NCBI GenBank assembly: GCA_036228285.1
Contig: JAZAOA010000068.1
Span: 6,921-30,920 of the forward strand
Source of the DNA: Fidelibacterota bacterium
GTDB lineage: Bacteria > Fidelibacterota > Marinisomatia > Marinisomatales > TCS55
DNA: 24,000 nt
Direction: 5' to 3'
Shown: positions 16,719 through 24,000 of the stretch, piece after piece
How positions within the stretch are numbered: position 1 is the first letter of the stretch
Layout: the number at the start of each line of letters is the position of its first letter
Notes under the pieces: model-generated
What the model saw: the letters and a program-made list of their open reading frames with translations, nothing else
Database searches by the model: none
What the model was told of the DNA's origin: nothing
Program-made: the position numbers and the translations under genes

Positions 16719-17897
16719 TTAATAATAATTGGAAATCCAGGATAATGCCAATGCAGTTAATAATCCAAAATATATTCCTATTATATTTCCTAAAACACCC
16801 ATAAGTAACCCTACTGGTGCAAGAGACTTTTGATATACTGATGCGACTATTGGAGCGGTTACAACTCCTCCTATATTGGCTTGACTACTTGTAGCTATTA
16901 AAAACATTGGTACTTTTAATAATCTTCCTCCCATAAATAAGATTGCTGCATGTATAGTAATCCAACATATACCTACTAGTAAAAATACAGGAGCATATAA
17001 AATTGAAGTAAAATTTGCTTTTGCACCAATAGTAGCTAATAATAAATACAAGAAAAAATTGCCAATATGTGAAGCACCGGCATTTTCCAATTCAGAAAAT
17101 GGCGTAAGAGATAAAACGATTCCCAATATACTTACTATGATAATTGTCCAACCAAAGCTGGTAATAATTCTTCCAAGATCTGGTAACCATTCACCAATTT
17201 TCAGAGATATATAGCCACCTATAAAACCAATGGATATAATAGCAATCAAATCAATAAATCGTGTTGGTCTTTTTTTGGATTCAATGTCGCTCATTTGGAT
17301 ACTAATATTTTCAATTAGAGAAGATTCAACGCCATTCCAGCGATCAATTCGTTCCTGATAGGCTGAAAAGAAAATTACTATACCCATCCAACCATATCCA
17401 ACTAGTGTATCCACAATAATCATTATTCCAAATAAATCATCTGGCGTTCCAATTGATGTACCTACAGCAACCATATTTGCACTTCCACCAATCCAACTTC
17501 CTGATAAAGCTCCCAATCCTTTCCATGAATCATTAGGAAGCCAATTGGCAAATATGGAAAACGATACTATTCCTCCAATTACAATACCTAATGTGGCAAT
17601 TAACATTATTAATAGAGCTTTCGAGCTAAGTTTTTTTAATGCATCAAAATTTGACGATAGTAAAAGCAATATTAATGAACATGGAAGTAAATAAGTTCTT
17701 ATCCAATCATAAAGAACTGATGATTCTGGAAGTATTCCCAGTGTTGTTGAAAACATTGGAAGGAAATATATCCAAATAGCAGTTGGTAAATACTTAAAAA
17801 ATCCTGAAAACTTAGGTTTAGAATTGAGATAGTATATGAGACTTATTATAGCTATTAAATAGACTAAAATAGACATTGGATCTTGCAAGGGAATCAT
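16719..17897 (-). CDS. DUF819-family polytopic membrane protein (uncharacterised transporter candidate)
   Basis: 392 aa, entirely hydrophobic helices. The N-terminal pattern (FKYLPTAIWIYFLPMF...LLPCSLILLLLSSNFDALKKLSSKALLIMLIATLGIVIGG) resembles YjcL/DUF819 proteins as I recall them. ATGA overlap with the anmK stop. Confidence 0.65.
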   Translation of the reverse strand: MIPLQDPMSILVYLIAIISLIYYLNSKPKFSGFFKYLPTAIWIYFLPMFSTTLGILPESSVLYDWIRTYLLPCSLILLLLSSNFDALKKLSSKALLIMLIATLGIVIGGIVSFSIFANWLPNDSWKGLGALSGSWIGGSANMVAVGTSIGTPDDLFGIMIIVDTLVGYGWMGIVIFFSAYQERIDRWNGVESSLIENISIQMSDIESKKRPTRFIDLIAIISIGFIGGYISLKIGEWLPDLGRIITSFGWTIIIVSILGIVLSLTPFSELENAGASHIGNFFLYLLLATIGAKANFTSILYAPVFLLVGICWITIHAAILFMGGRLLKVPMFLIATSSQANIGGVVTAPIVASVYQKSLAPVGLLMGVLGNIIGIYFGLLTALALSWISNYY

Positions 17898-19009
17898 ACC
17901 GTCATCTTTCCTAATATTACAGGCTTATTTGCTCCAGTAACTGATGGTATATTCCCAGGGATACCTTTAACATGGGCTACAGCGAAAATAGCAAAACCTA
18001 GAGCTTCTTTGCCATCAACAGATATATCTAATTTATTTGATGATAACACTTGAATTGGGTTAAATAGATCTTTTAAGTTATTCATTATGCATTTATGATG
18101 AACACCGCCTCCGCTGACGATCATCTTACTTACATTTTGATCTTGTATAAATTTCTCACACGCTAAAAATATAGTTTTTGCAGTAAAAAAAGATAGTGTT
18201 GATAATTGATCTATAAAATCAAGACTATTAAGATCATTATTATATTTGTCTAACCAATTCTTGCCGAACTCATCTCTACCGGTTGATTTTGGCGGAATTA
18301 GATCAAAATATGAATGATCTAACCATTTAGATACTAATTCATTATCTATATTTCCTTTAAGAGCAAGTTGTCCCCTATTATCAAATCCATCTTTAAATTT
18401 ATTAAGATATGCTTCATCTAATAAAGACATTCCAGGGCCTGTGTCAAAACCAACAATTTCCTGATTAATTTCTGATGGCAACAATGTTACATTTGCTATT
18501 CCACCAATATTTAATGCAATTACTGAAGACTCATGATTCCGAAATAACCACTCATCTATTTTTGGCATTAATGGTGCTCCAGTACCACCAGCATCAATAT
18601 CCGCATTTCTAAAATCTGAAATTACAGGAACGCTTAATTTTTTTGCCATATGATGTGGAGCGCCTATCTGTAAAGATAATTTTCCACTTATATGATTAAT
18701 TGTCTGTCCATGAGATCCAATGAGTTCAATATTATTTATTTTCTTTGATTGTAAGTAATTAAACAATGTATCAGCGTACCATTGGCCAAGATAATCATTT
18801 AATTTGAAATGGTCTTTCCCTGGATTATATACTGCTTGTCTAATTTGTTCTTTTAGATCTATAGGATATGGAATACATACTTCGTTAATTATTTGATAAT
18901 GCACATTATCATTTAGTTGTATGTCTGCAATAACAATATCTAAACCATCCATAGATGTTCCTGTCATCAAACCTGCAGTACGTATTGTTTCTTTAAAAAA
19001 TAAATCCAC
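17894..19009 (-). CDS. anmK: Anhydro-N-acetylmuramic acid kinase AnmK
   Basis: N-terminal GLMTGTSMDGLDI (compare the E. coli GVMSGTSLDGVD type motif), GGIAN, and C-terminal VSGGGVHH. The 371-aa length is typical. GTG start 6 nt after the upstream stop. No signal peptide. Confidence 0.9.
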   Translation of the reverse strand: MDLFFKETIRTAGLMTGTSMDGLDIVIADIQLNDNVHYQIINEVCIPYPIDLKEQIRQAVYNPGKDHFKLNDYLGQWYADTLFNYLQSKKINNIELIGSHGQTINHISGKLSLQIGAPHHMAKKLSVPVISDFRNADIDAGGTGAPLMPKIDEWLFRNHESSVIALNIGGIANVTLLPSEINQEIVGFDTGPGMSLLDEAYLNKFKDGFDNRGQLALKGNIDNELVSKWLDHSYFDLIPPKSTGRDEFGKNWLDKYNNDLNSLDFIDQLSTLSFFTAKTIFLACEKFIQDQNVSKMIVSGGGVHHKCIMNNLKDLFNPIQVLSSNKLDISVDGKEALGFAIFAVAHVKGIPGNIPSVTGANKPVILGKMTV

Positions 19010-19015
19010 AATACT

Positions 19016-21931
19016 TTAATTAAATCGAAGTATAGATTTATTTAAAGTATTATGAAATTTTCTACGCACCTGTTTAATGCCAGGATTATTTCGAGTTGGA
19101 TATACTCGATTTGTAAGTAATACTACTACTAGCTCTTGCTCTGGATCTATCCAAAAAGAAGTACCTGTATAGCCTAAATGACCAAATGCTTTATCAGAAA
19201 AATAATCACCTGCACTACTTGTACCATCTCGATCTGGCCTATCCCAACCATATCCTCTGTTTGCTTCATTTACTGTACTCTGTCTTGAAGTAAATAATGA
19301 TATCAACTCTTTATCAATAATTTTTTTATCTCCTATCATTCCATCATTTAATAACATTTGACTATACTTACCAAGATCCTCTGCATTAGAAAATAATCCT
19401 GCATGAGCAGATATTCCGCCAAGCAAATTTGCATTTTCATCATGAACATATCCGTGAGCAGTTTTTCTAGGATATAGATCATAGGATAATGATTTCATCG
19501 GACCGATCAATTCTGATGCAATGCCAGCAATTTTTCTTCTGAGCGAATTCTTTGATGTTCCAATTGGCACAACTGTTCTTTCAGTTGGTGGGATGTCTTT
19601 CCATACATTTGGTGGCGGATTATAAAATGTATTATTCATTCCAAGAGGTGAATAAAACCAACTTTTACCAAGTGCATGGAGATTATTACCGCCTACTCTT
19701 TCTAAAATTGTTCCTAGTAATATCATTCCAAGATCACTGTATTTGTATTCACTACCTGGTTTATATGTGAGTCTTCGATTAATTATATTATCAAGTACCT
19801 CTCCCCTTCCTCTGTATTTACTTTCAAGAAAATATCGATGATAAGCACTAAGTCCAGACTCATGAATTAATAAATGGCGAATGGTAATTGTATCTTTTCC
19901 TGATTGATGAAAACCTGGAAAATAATCATTAATAGGTTGATCAAGATAAATCTCTTTATCATTAACTAACTTCATGATTATTGGAGTAGCAGATACTACT
20001 TTTGTTATTGATGCAAGATCAAAAATAGTTTTTGTGGTAACCTCTTTCGATTTATGATATGTATGATATCCAAAACCTTTAGATATGATTGTATTTCCAT
20101 TTTTCGAAATATAAACTTGTGCACCTGGGAATACTTTAGCTTCTATTGCGCTATCTATAACTGATAGAGAGTAAGAAATATCTAACTTATCAATTATGGA
20201 TTCTTCACGATACACAAGAACTTGGCTGCCTCTAATAAATTGATTATTTAAGTCAACAGGCAAGCGTCCTGTTATATTATTATTAGTTAGTAAAGCATTG
20301 GCAGCAGCCTTTACCAGAACACTACCATATCCAAATGCAGCAATATATGTATCAATATATTCGTAATCTGGTAAATACGGACTACCAAAGCTAGTTACAA
20401 TAAATTGAATTCCTTTTTTATGTAATTTTTTCAATAATTCTGCGTAACTGGGATCAATAGTTGCGATTCCTTTATTCATACGAATTCGTACAACTATTGA
20501 TATGAATGCTAAATCAACATTTTTTAATTTATCTACTATTTCATTAATTTTTTTATCATTTACTTTTTCAGTTATAATAATTTCCATTAAATCTGGATAA
20601 GAACTATTCAACTGATTTTTCATAGGCAACAAATACCTTTGAGAATTTTTATCTTCAGTAATTGATAAGTGCGCAATATTCTTATAATCAGAAATTTTAT
20701 TAAGAAGATCATTTTTATCTTTTACAACAGTAATAGATAACTGAGCCATCTTACTTGCTATATTTAAATGTTTAGGATTACCAATTATCAAATTACTTTT
20801 TTGCCAATCTCTTTTTCCTTTATCTGAGAATAGATTCATTTCTTCCTTTGCCAACCAAATTCTCTCTACTGATTCATCAATCCTTTCTTCCGATATTCTT
20901 CCAGATAGCACTGCTTCTTTTATTGCATGAATGGTTGAATCCACATCAAGAGGTAATAAAATTATATCTGCACCTGCCTCTACTGCTCTCACACACGCCT
21001 CGGAAGACTTGATGTTATTTAAAGCGCCCATCTCCATAGCGTCTGTTACGACTAAACCATCAAACTTTAATTTTTTCCTCAATAACCTATTTGTAATTAC
21101 GGAAGATAAAGTAGCTGGTTTTTTAGAGCGATCAATGCCCGGTGTTATTACATGTGCTGTCATTACCATTTTAACACCATTTTTTATAGAAGATTTAAAT
21201 GGAGGTAACTCAATTTTTGAAAAATCTCTTCTATTTCCTGGAATTACTGGCAATCTAGTATGACTATCTGTTGATGTATTACCATGTCCTGGAAAATGTT
21301 TAACACAAGCGTAAACATTTTGCTCTTGAATTCCCCGAATAAATGAATTTCCAAAAATACTGACAAGACGTGGGTCATCACCATACGATCTAAAATTAAT
21401 AATTGGATTATCTGGATTATTATTTACATCCATTACTGGTGCAAATATCATATTTACTCCAAAGGCTTTTGCTTCCTTGGCAGTAATTACACCCTGTTCA
21501 TATGCCAACACATTTCTTCCTGTTGCTGCTACAGCCATGTTTGTTGGAAATAGTGTCGCTCCATCATACCATTGTCCGAGACCTCTTTCATAGTCAGCAG
21601 CAATAAATAATGGGGTCTCCGACCAACTTTGCGCTATTTGTATTCGATTAAATGTTTCTTCTAATCCACCACCATAAACAACTGCCCCTCCTATTCCCAA
21701 TTCATTAATCCATCTATGAAATTTTTTATATTCAAATGTTGTTTCATTAGTAATGTCGCCTTTTAAGCGAAACATAATCATCTGAGCTATTTTTTTATCA
21801 AGTGAAAGTTTTTGCCAAGGATCCTCAACAATTTCTATCTCTTCTTTGCTTATAAAAGTTTGACACCCAGATATCAACAAGCACAGAAATATGATGATAA
21901 GTTTGGATAAAGTAATTTGATTGTCTTTCAT
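19016..21931 (-). CDS. nagZ: Lipoprotein fusion: GH3 beta-N-acetylglucosaminidase (NagZ, two-domain YbbD type) plus a C-terminal beta-lactamase-fold serine hydrolase (AmiE/YbbE-like MurNAc-L-Ala amidase candidate)
   Basis: 971 aa with a lipobox LISGC at residues ~19-23. GH3/NagZ motifs are KHFPGHGNTSTDSH (Asp-His dyad) and the nucleophile region GLVVTDAMEMG. A middle domain of ~200 aa follows. The C-terminal ~380 aa carry SxxK (ASITK), a Tyr motif (YSDLG) and HLGYTGTS in place of KTG. Confidence 0.9.
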   Translation of the reverse strand: MKDNQITLSKLIIIFLCLLISGCQTFISKEEIEIVEDPWQKLSLDKKIAQMIMFRLKGDITNETTFEYKKFHRWINELGIGGAVVYGGGLEETFNRIQIAQSWSETPLFIAADYERGLGQWYDGATLFPTNMAVAATGRNVLAYEQGVITAKEAKAFGVNMIFAPVMDVNNNPDNPIINFRSYGDDPRLVSIFGNSFIRGIQEQNVYACVKHFPGHGNTSTDSHTRLPVIPGNRRDFSKIELPPFKSSIKNGVKMVMTAHVITPGIDRSKKPATLSSVITNRLLRKKLKFDGLVVTDAMEMGALNNIKSSEACVRAVEAGADIILLPLDVDSTIHAIKEAVLSGRISEERIDESVERIWLAKEEMNLFSDKGKRDWQKSNLIIGNPKHLNIASKMAQLSITVVKDKNDLLNKISDYKNIAHLSITEDKNSQRYLLPMKNQLNSSYPDLMEIIITEKVNDKKINEIVDKLKNVDLAFISIVVRIRMNKGIATIDPSYAELLKKLHKKGIQFIVTSFGSPYLPDYEYIDTYIAAFGYGSVLVKAAANALLTNNNITGRLPVDLNNQFIRGSQVLVYREESIIDKLDISYSLSVIDSAIEAKVFPGAQVYISKNGNTIISKGFGYHTYHKSKEVTTKTIFDLASITKVVSATPIIMKLVNDKEIYLDQPINDYFPGFHQSGKDTITIRHLLIHESGLSAYHRYFLESKYRGRGEVLDNIINRRLTYKPGSEYKYSDLGMILLGTILERVGGNNLHALGKSWFYSPLGMNNTFYNPPPNVWKDIPPTERTVVPIGTSKNSLRRKIAGIASELIGPMKSLSYDLYPRKTAHGYVHDENANLLGGISAHAGLFSNAEDLGKYSQMLLNDGMIGDKKIIDKELISLFTSRQSTVNEANRGYGWDRPDRDGTSSAGDYFSDKAFGHLGYTGTSFWIDPEQELVVVLLTNRVYPTRNNPGIKQVRRKFHNTLNKSILRFN

Positions 21932-22026
21932 TTCATTGCAAAGTTAAATGCTCTCAATCAATCATTCTACATTCAATTCTATTCTTGTTTAAGTTAATCA
22001 CTAAAAATAGATTACAAACATCATTA

Positions 22027-23217
22027 ATGAACTCTAAAGAAAAAGAATATATTGTTGTTGGAGTTGATGGAGGTGGATCTAAAGTATCTGCTGGCATTAT
22101 AGAATCTAATGACAATATAACTTTTACTATCAAATCATTTTCACATCAATACTATAATGAATCAAAAGAATACATTTCAGACTATTCTCCAAAAGATATG
22201 GCTACTCAATTATATGAACATAGTAAAGAGGAATATAATATAAATAATGAAGAAAAACTTCAAGGTAAGGAAATTATAAAATCATTTCATGACACCATCA
22301 TTAATCTAAACGTTGACAAACCCATTTTATTGGGAGTTGGAATGGTAGGTTTAAAAACAAAGGATTTGAGAGGTATTGGAGCAATTGCAAACGGGCCAAG
22401 AATGCCAAAATTTTGTATGGAACTAGAAAACGAATTAAAACAATCCAATGTAAAATTATACAAACCAATTCAATATATTGGAAGTGATGCAGATAACTGT
22501 GGAATTGGAGAAGAATTCGGGAAAGATGGTTTATTTAAAGATGTTCAAAATAGTTACTATATAGGTGGCGGTACAGGTACGGCAGATGCATTAAAACTTC
22601 AAAATAAATTAATACCTTTTGATAATATATCTTCCTGGATTGTTAAGACATGGGAAATATTAAATGATAAAAATATTTGCATGGAAAAATATACTTCCCT
22701 AAAAGGCATACAATCTTTGTATAGTCACTATTCCAACATACCAATTCATACACTTCAGGATAACGCAATTTATGCAAGTGAAATTTTTTTAAGAGCATTA
22801 GAAAATGAACAAGCTGCTTTATTAACTTATCAAGATTTAACAAAATATATGTCTAAATTAATTATAGAACGTATAGAAACAGTGTTTTCTGGTTGGCAAA
22901 ACAATTTTAAACTGTTAAATCCTAACCATAGTATTTTGGATAATAATCACTCATACAGAAATATTTTATTGCAACGTATAATTATAGGTCAAGGTCTAGG
23001 TGAATTATTTCATTTTTCAAAAAATACACCTTTACTTTGGGAGCCATTGCATAATAATATATATAACATGATTGTAAAATCTAAAGCATTACCATTAGAA
23101 GCAAAAAATTCACTCTTAGAAAATAAAACTCTTAAAAAAGATTTTATTATGACATCCAACTTAGATAATTCAGCTCTTTTAGGAGCAGGGATCTCAGCAG
23201 CGCTGAATACATTATGA
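22027..23217 (+). CDS. BadF/BadG/BcrA/BcrD-type ATPase, N-acetylhexosamine (GlcNAc/MurNAc) kinase-like, atypically long
   Basis: Phosphate-1 motif VGVDGGGSK, then GVGMVGL, GSDADNCGIGE and the adenosine motif YYIGGGTGTA. The start is moved to ATG 22027 (MNSKEKEYIVVGVDGGG), because the track start at 21985 is TTG. At ~397 aa it is roughly 100 aa longer than the NagK/MurK-type kinases I recall. Confidence 0.75.
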   Translation: MNSKEKEYIVVGVDGGGSKVSAGIIESNDNITFTIKSFSHQYYNESKEYISDYSPKDMATQLYEHSKEEYNINNEEKLQGKEIIKSFHDTIINLNVDKPILLGVGMVGLKTKDLRGIGAIANGPRMPKFCMELENELKQSNVKLYKPIQYIGSDADNCGIGEEFGKDGLFKDVQNSYYIGGGTGTADALKLQNKLIPFDNISSWIVKTWEILNDKNICMEKYTSLKGIQSLYSHYSNIPIHTLQDNAIYASEIFLRALENEQAALLTYQDLTKYMSKLIIERIETVFSGWQNNFKLLNPNHSILDNNHSYRNILLQRIIIGQGLGELFHFSKNTPLLWEPLHNNIYNMIVKSKALPLEAKNSLLENKTLKKDFIMTSNLDNSALLGAGISAALNTL

Positions 23218-24000
23218 AAAATATTTCAAATAGATTATTTGCGCTTGATTGTTTTCGAGGGCTTACTATTGCTTTTATGATCATTGTTAATACTCCTGGG
23301 AGCTGGTCATATATTTATAGTCCTTTACGACATGCGAAATGGCATGGATGCACTCCAACAGATCTCGTTTTTCCTTTCTTTTTATTTATTGTTGGGGTTG
23401 CAATGCGTTTTTCATTTAATCATTATAATTATGAACCATCTAAAAAGCTGCTTAAAAAAATTTTCTGGCGGACAATAACGATCTTTGTATTTGGTTTAAT
23501 ACTCAATGCGTTTCCATTTATCCGTCAAGATTGGGACTGGTCTACTTTACGCATTATGGGAGTTTTACAGCGCATTGGGCTAGCATATGGATTGGCATCT
23601 ATAATTTCGTTATATATTAAGGTCGATAAAATGTGGATCGCCTGCAGTATTATTCTTATTGGTTACTGGTTTCTATTATTTTTATTTGGAGGAAATGACC
23701 CATACGCACTGAATACAAATTTAGTTCGTACTATTGATATAGCTTTATTAGGAGAAAATCACCTTTGGCTTGGAAACGGAGTCCCATTTGATCCGGAAGG
23801 CTTATTAAGTACTATACCTGCCAGCGTTACAGTTCTTATTGGCTATTTTGTGGGGATGCTAATTCAAAAAAATGAAAATAAAAGTTTGCTTGTAAAAATA
23901 TTAATAATACATGCTGCGCAAATTGCAGCAATCGGGTGGATTTGGGGGTTGTTCTTTCCGATTAATAAACCTCTATGGACGAGCAGCTATGTTTTATATA
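23214..24000 (+). CDS. HGSNAT-like (DUF1624/DUF5009, heparan-alpha-glucosaminide N-acetyltransferase family) polytopic membrane protein; 3' end beyond the window
   Basis: Not in the supplied ORF track because no stop codon is reached. Hand translation from ATG 23214 (ATGA overlap with the kinase stop) gives an open frame to 24000. It reads MKNISNRLFALDCFRGLTIAFMIIVNTPGSWSYIYSPLRHAKWHGCTPTDLVFPFFLFIVGVAM...RIMGVLQRIGLAYG...PFDPEGLLSTIPA...PINKPLWTSSYVLY. The LDxxRG, H-x-x-WHG, DxVFPFF, GVLQRI, DPEGLLST and NKxLWTSSYV motifs are the family hallmarks. Confidence 0.8.
   Translation, partial: MKNISNRLFALDCFRGLTIAFMIIVNTPGSWSYIYSPLRHAKWHGCTPTDLVFPFFLFIVGVAMRFSFNHYNYEPSKKLLKKIFWRTITIFVFGLILNAFPFIRQDWDWSTLRIMGVLQRIGLAYGLASIISLYIKVDKMWIACSIILIGYWFLLFLFGGNDPYALNTNLVRTIDIALLGENHLWLGNGVPFDPEGLLSTIPASVTVLIGYFVGMLIQKNENKSLLVKILIIHAAQIAAIGWIWGLFFPINKPLWTSSYVLY

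Noticed and set aside
19016-20200. Beta-lactamase-fold domain as an antibiotic-resistance determinant
   Set aside because: The domain is fused to NagZ in a cell-wall recycling operon. It has YSD and HxG in place of the class-C YxN and KTG motifs. The B. subtilis precedent (AmiE) is an amidase. Calling it a beta-lactamase would be over-annotation without an assay.
21932-22026. ATTC-rich direct repeats (cattctacattcaattctattc) in the divergent region between the nagZ-fusion and kinase operons, as regulator binding sites
   Set aside because: The repeats are short and imperfect, with no dyad symmetry and no match to the 10029-10045 palindrome. They are indistinguishable from background AT-rich sequence by eye.
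1878-23478. Eighteen short ORFs (60-110 aa) from the track: 1878-2081, 2257-2457, 4083-4328, 5459-5740, 5903-6103, 7351-7566, 8181-8399, 10377-10631, 10949-11131, 12803-13126, 13811-14011, 13984-14214, 14379-14591, 15445-15675, 19552-19770, 20931-21263, 22643-22843, 23284-23478
   Set aside because: Seventeen are nested inside, or antisense to, a longer ORF with clear family motifs; 5459-5740 is mostly antisense to the 3' end of the DASS gene and extends into the 5391-5505 intergenic gap. Their translations are low-complexity or hydrophobic strings expected from AT-rich off-frame reading. ORF 23284-23478 is out of frame within the HGSNAT-like gene.
1-24000. Search for tRNA, rRNA, CRISPR repeats, IS/transposase, integrase, toxin-antitoxin or phage-defence genes
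   Set aside because: No regularly spaced repeats, no transposase/integrase/nuclease-helicase-like ORFs and no cloverleaf-capable GC-rich islands were seen. Intergenic space is small (largest gap 230 bp). The window looks like core chromosome rather than a mobile or defence island.

Overview
All family assignments below come from reading the ORF translations for motifs; no database search was run. The window is AT-rich, gene-dense bacterial chromosome with about 21 credible CDSs. I recognised no rRNA, tRNA, CRISPR array, IS element or phage gene. A type-A T9SS C-terminal sorting domain on one secreted enzyme, and signal peptides ending in xAQ/xSQ, point to a Bacteroidota-related (FCB-group) diderm. 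Several genes have clear AGGAGG ribosome-binding sites. The left part (37-9829, all minus strand) is housekeeping or accessory. It holds a TPR-like exported protein, msrB, a GldA/GldF/GldG-type ABC-2 transporter with a DUF4340-like partner, a DASS/SLC13 anion symporter, a ROK sugar kinase, a DUF302 protein and an M20 dipeptidase. The right part (10060-24000) is the interesting one: a compact three-operon locus of ten genes, nearly all tied to peptidoglycan and MurNAc salvage. Operon 1 (+) encodes a T9SS-secreted GH18 (spore-cortex-lytic type), NamZ/DUF1343 exo-muramidase, PBP4/DacB, LdcA and an APC permease. Operon 2 (-) encodes a lipoprotein fusion of NagZ (GH3) with a beta-lactamase-fold domain (AmiE-like), then AnmK, then a DUF819 membrane protein. 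Operon 3 (+) encodes an unusually long BadF-type sugar kinase and an HGSNAT-like (DUF1624/DUF5009) polytopic membrane protein. That last gene runs off the window end and is missing from the supplied ORF track. Predicted localisation suggests cell-wall fragments are dismantled outside the cytoplasm and imported through uncharacterised membrane proteins, with no AmpG, AmpD or MurQ in the window.
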